A stretch of 64,000 nucleotides of DNA from the NCBI RefSeq assembly GCF_036373705.1, contig NC_089855.1, positions 18,021,962 to 18,085,961 of the forward strand, read 5' to 3'. The translations under genes and the position numbers were made by a program. The DNA is from Amia ocellicauda. Its lineage: Eukaryota. The notes beneath the pieces are model-generated. The model was not told where the DNA came from. It saw only the letters and a list, made by a program, of their open reading frames with translations, and did not search any database. Shown here piece after piece: positions 63,487 through 64,000 of the stretch. Each line of letters begins with the position of its first letter. Positions within the stretch are counted from its first letter, which is position 1.

Positions 63487-63744
63487 CATGAGGTTGGAGA
63501 CCTGTGAATTACCTGCTACTGGAAAAGAAGTCTGGGATCCTCCCATTGAAGAGAATGGAGAAATTCCCGAACCAGACCCCACAACAATGGGGTTCTTGGC
63601 ACAGGGGGAGCAGGAGAACCTTCCAATCAACCCCGATCTGGAGCTTCCTGACAGCCTGAAGGACATCCGAGTAAAAGTCACTCATGTCAAATCTCCAGGA
63701 AGCTTTTTTGTTCAGCTTCTTCAAACTGATGGTCAGCTTAAAAG
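63487..63744 (+). CDS. rnf17: rnf17 exon 21 (...KEVWDPPIEENGEIPEPDP...KDIRVKVTHVKSPGSFFVQLLQTDGQLK, start of Tudor 3); the gene continues beyond the window
   Basis: Acceptor ttttttgttaag|, donor aaaag|gtaaac. Matches human IEVWDPSPEEIISNEV...[30 protein letters not shown]. Confidence 0.75.
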
Positions 63745-64000
63745 GTAAACTTGTAGTGGTATTTTCTTGGTGAACAGGTCCAGTTCTGTTAATACAGTGT
63801 GGAAATTTAAAGGGGTGTGATTCTGTTTGAAACCGTATACTGAGTGAATGAAAACATGCTCCTACACTGGTCCAGATCTAAATGGGAGTCTGGTTTTGTG
63901 ATGGCTTTAGGCTGTTTCTATAGACCTGGATTATTACCCCGTTAATGGTCAAGAGTGGAATATCTGGTGGCCTGGGGATTTCTTACTGGTTGCTATCCCT

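Noticed and set aside
1-64000. A prokaryotic defence system, CRISPR array or operon structure, which the task framing might lead one to expect
   Set aside because: The sequence is clearly vertebrate: spliced exons with GT-AG introns of a RING/Tudor gene, CR1 LINEs, tRNA-SINEs and Tc1 elements. There are no arrays of regular repeats with unique spacers and no dense co-directional ORFs, so nothing supports a prokaryote-type system.

Overview
This window is vertebrate DNA, most likely from a ray-finned fish (actinopterygian). It is AT-rich and CpG-poor, has GT-AG spliced exons, and is dense with transposable elements; there are no operons, rRNA genes or CRISPR arrays. The only confidently identifiable cellular gene is the 5' portion of rnf17 (tudor domain containing 4, a RING plus multi-Tudor germline piRNA-pathway factor) on the + strand. 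Its ATG is at 46755, and I reconstruct 21 coding exons running past the window end, with a CpG-rich TATA-less promoter just upstream. Positions 1-46500 are intergenic or intronic repeat-rich DNA. They hold a 5'-truncated Ty3/gypsy remnant (minus strand) carrying a CR1-like LINE fragment that itself carries a SINE-like insertion. They also hold three CR1-like 3'-end fragments, a tRNA-derived SINE, and two Tc1/mariner families. One is a Sleeping-Beauty-like Tc1, present as a deletion derivative at 4974-5711 and a frameshifted full-length copy in rnf17 intron 5. The other is a second Tc1-like family whose three near-identical copies all sit inside (TA)n microsatellites; copy A (33847-35070) has an intact 346-aa DDE transposase ORF and abuts an inverted partial copy B, forming a long inverted repeat of about 2 kb. 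There are also many microsatellites, a 20-bp-unit minisatellite, and a 320-bp foldback palindrome carrying five consensus ETS sites. I see no evidence for a prokaryote-style defence system. The most notable biology is a possibly still-active Tc1 family targeting (TA)n tracts, next to and inside a piRNA-pathway gene.
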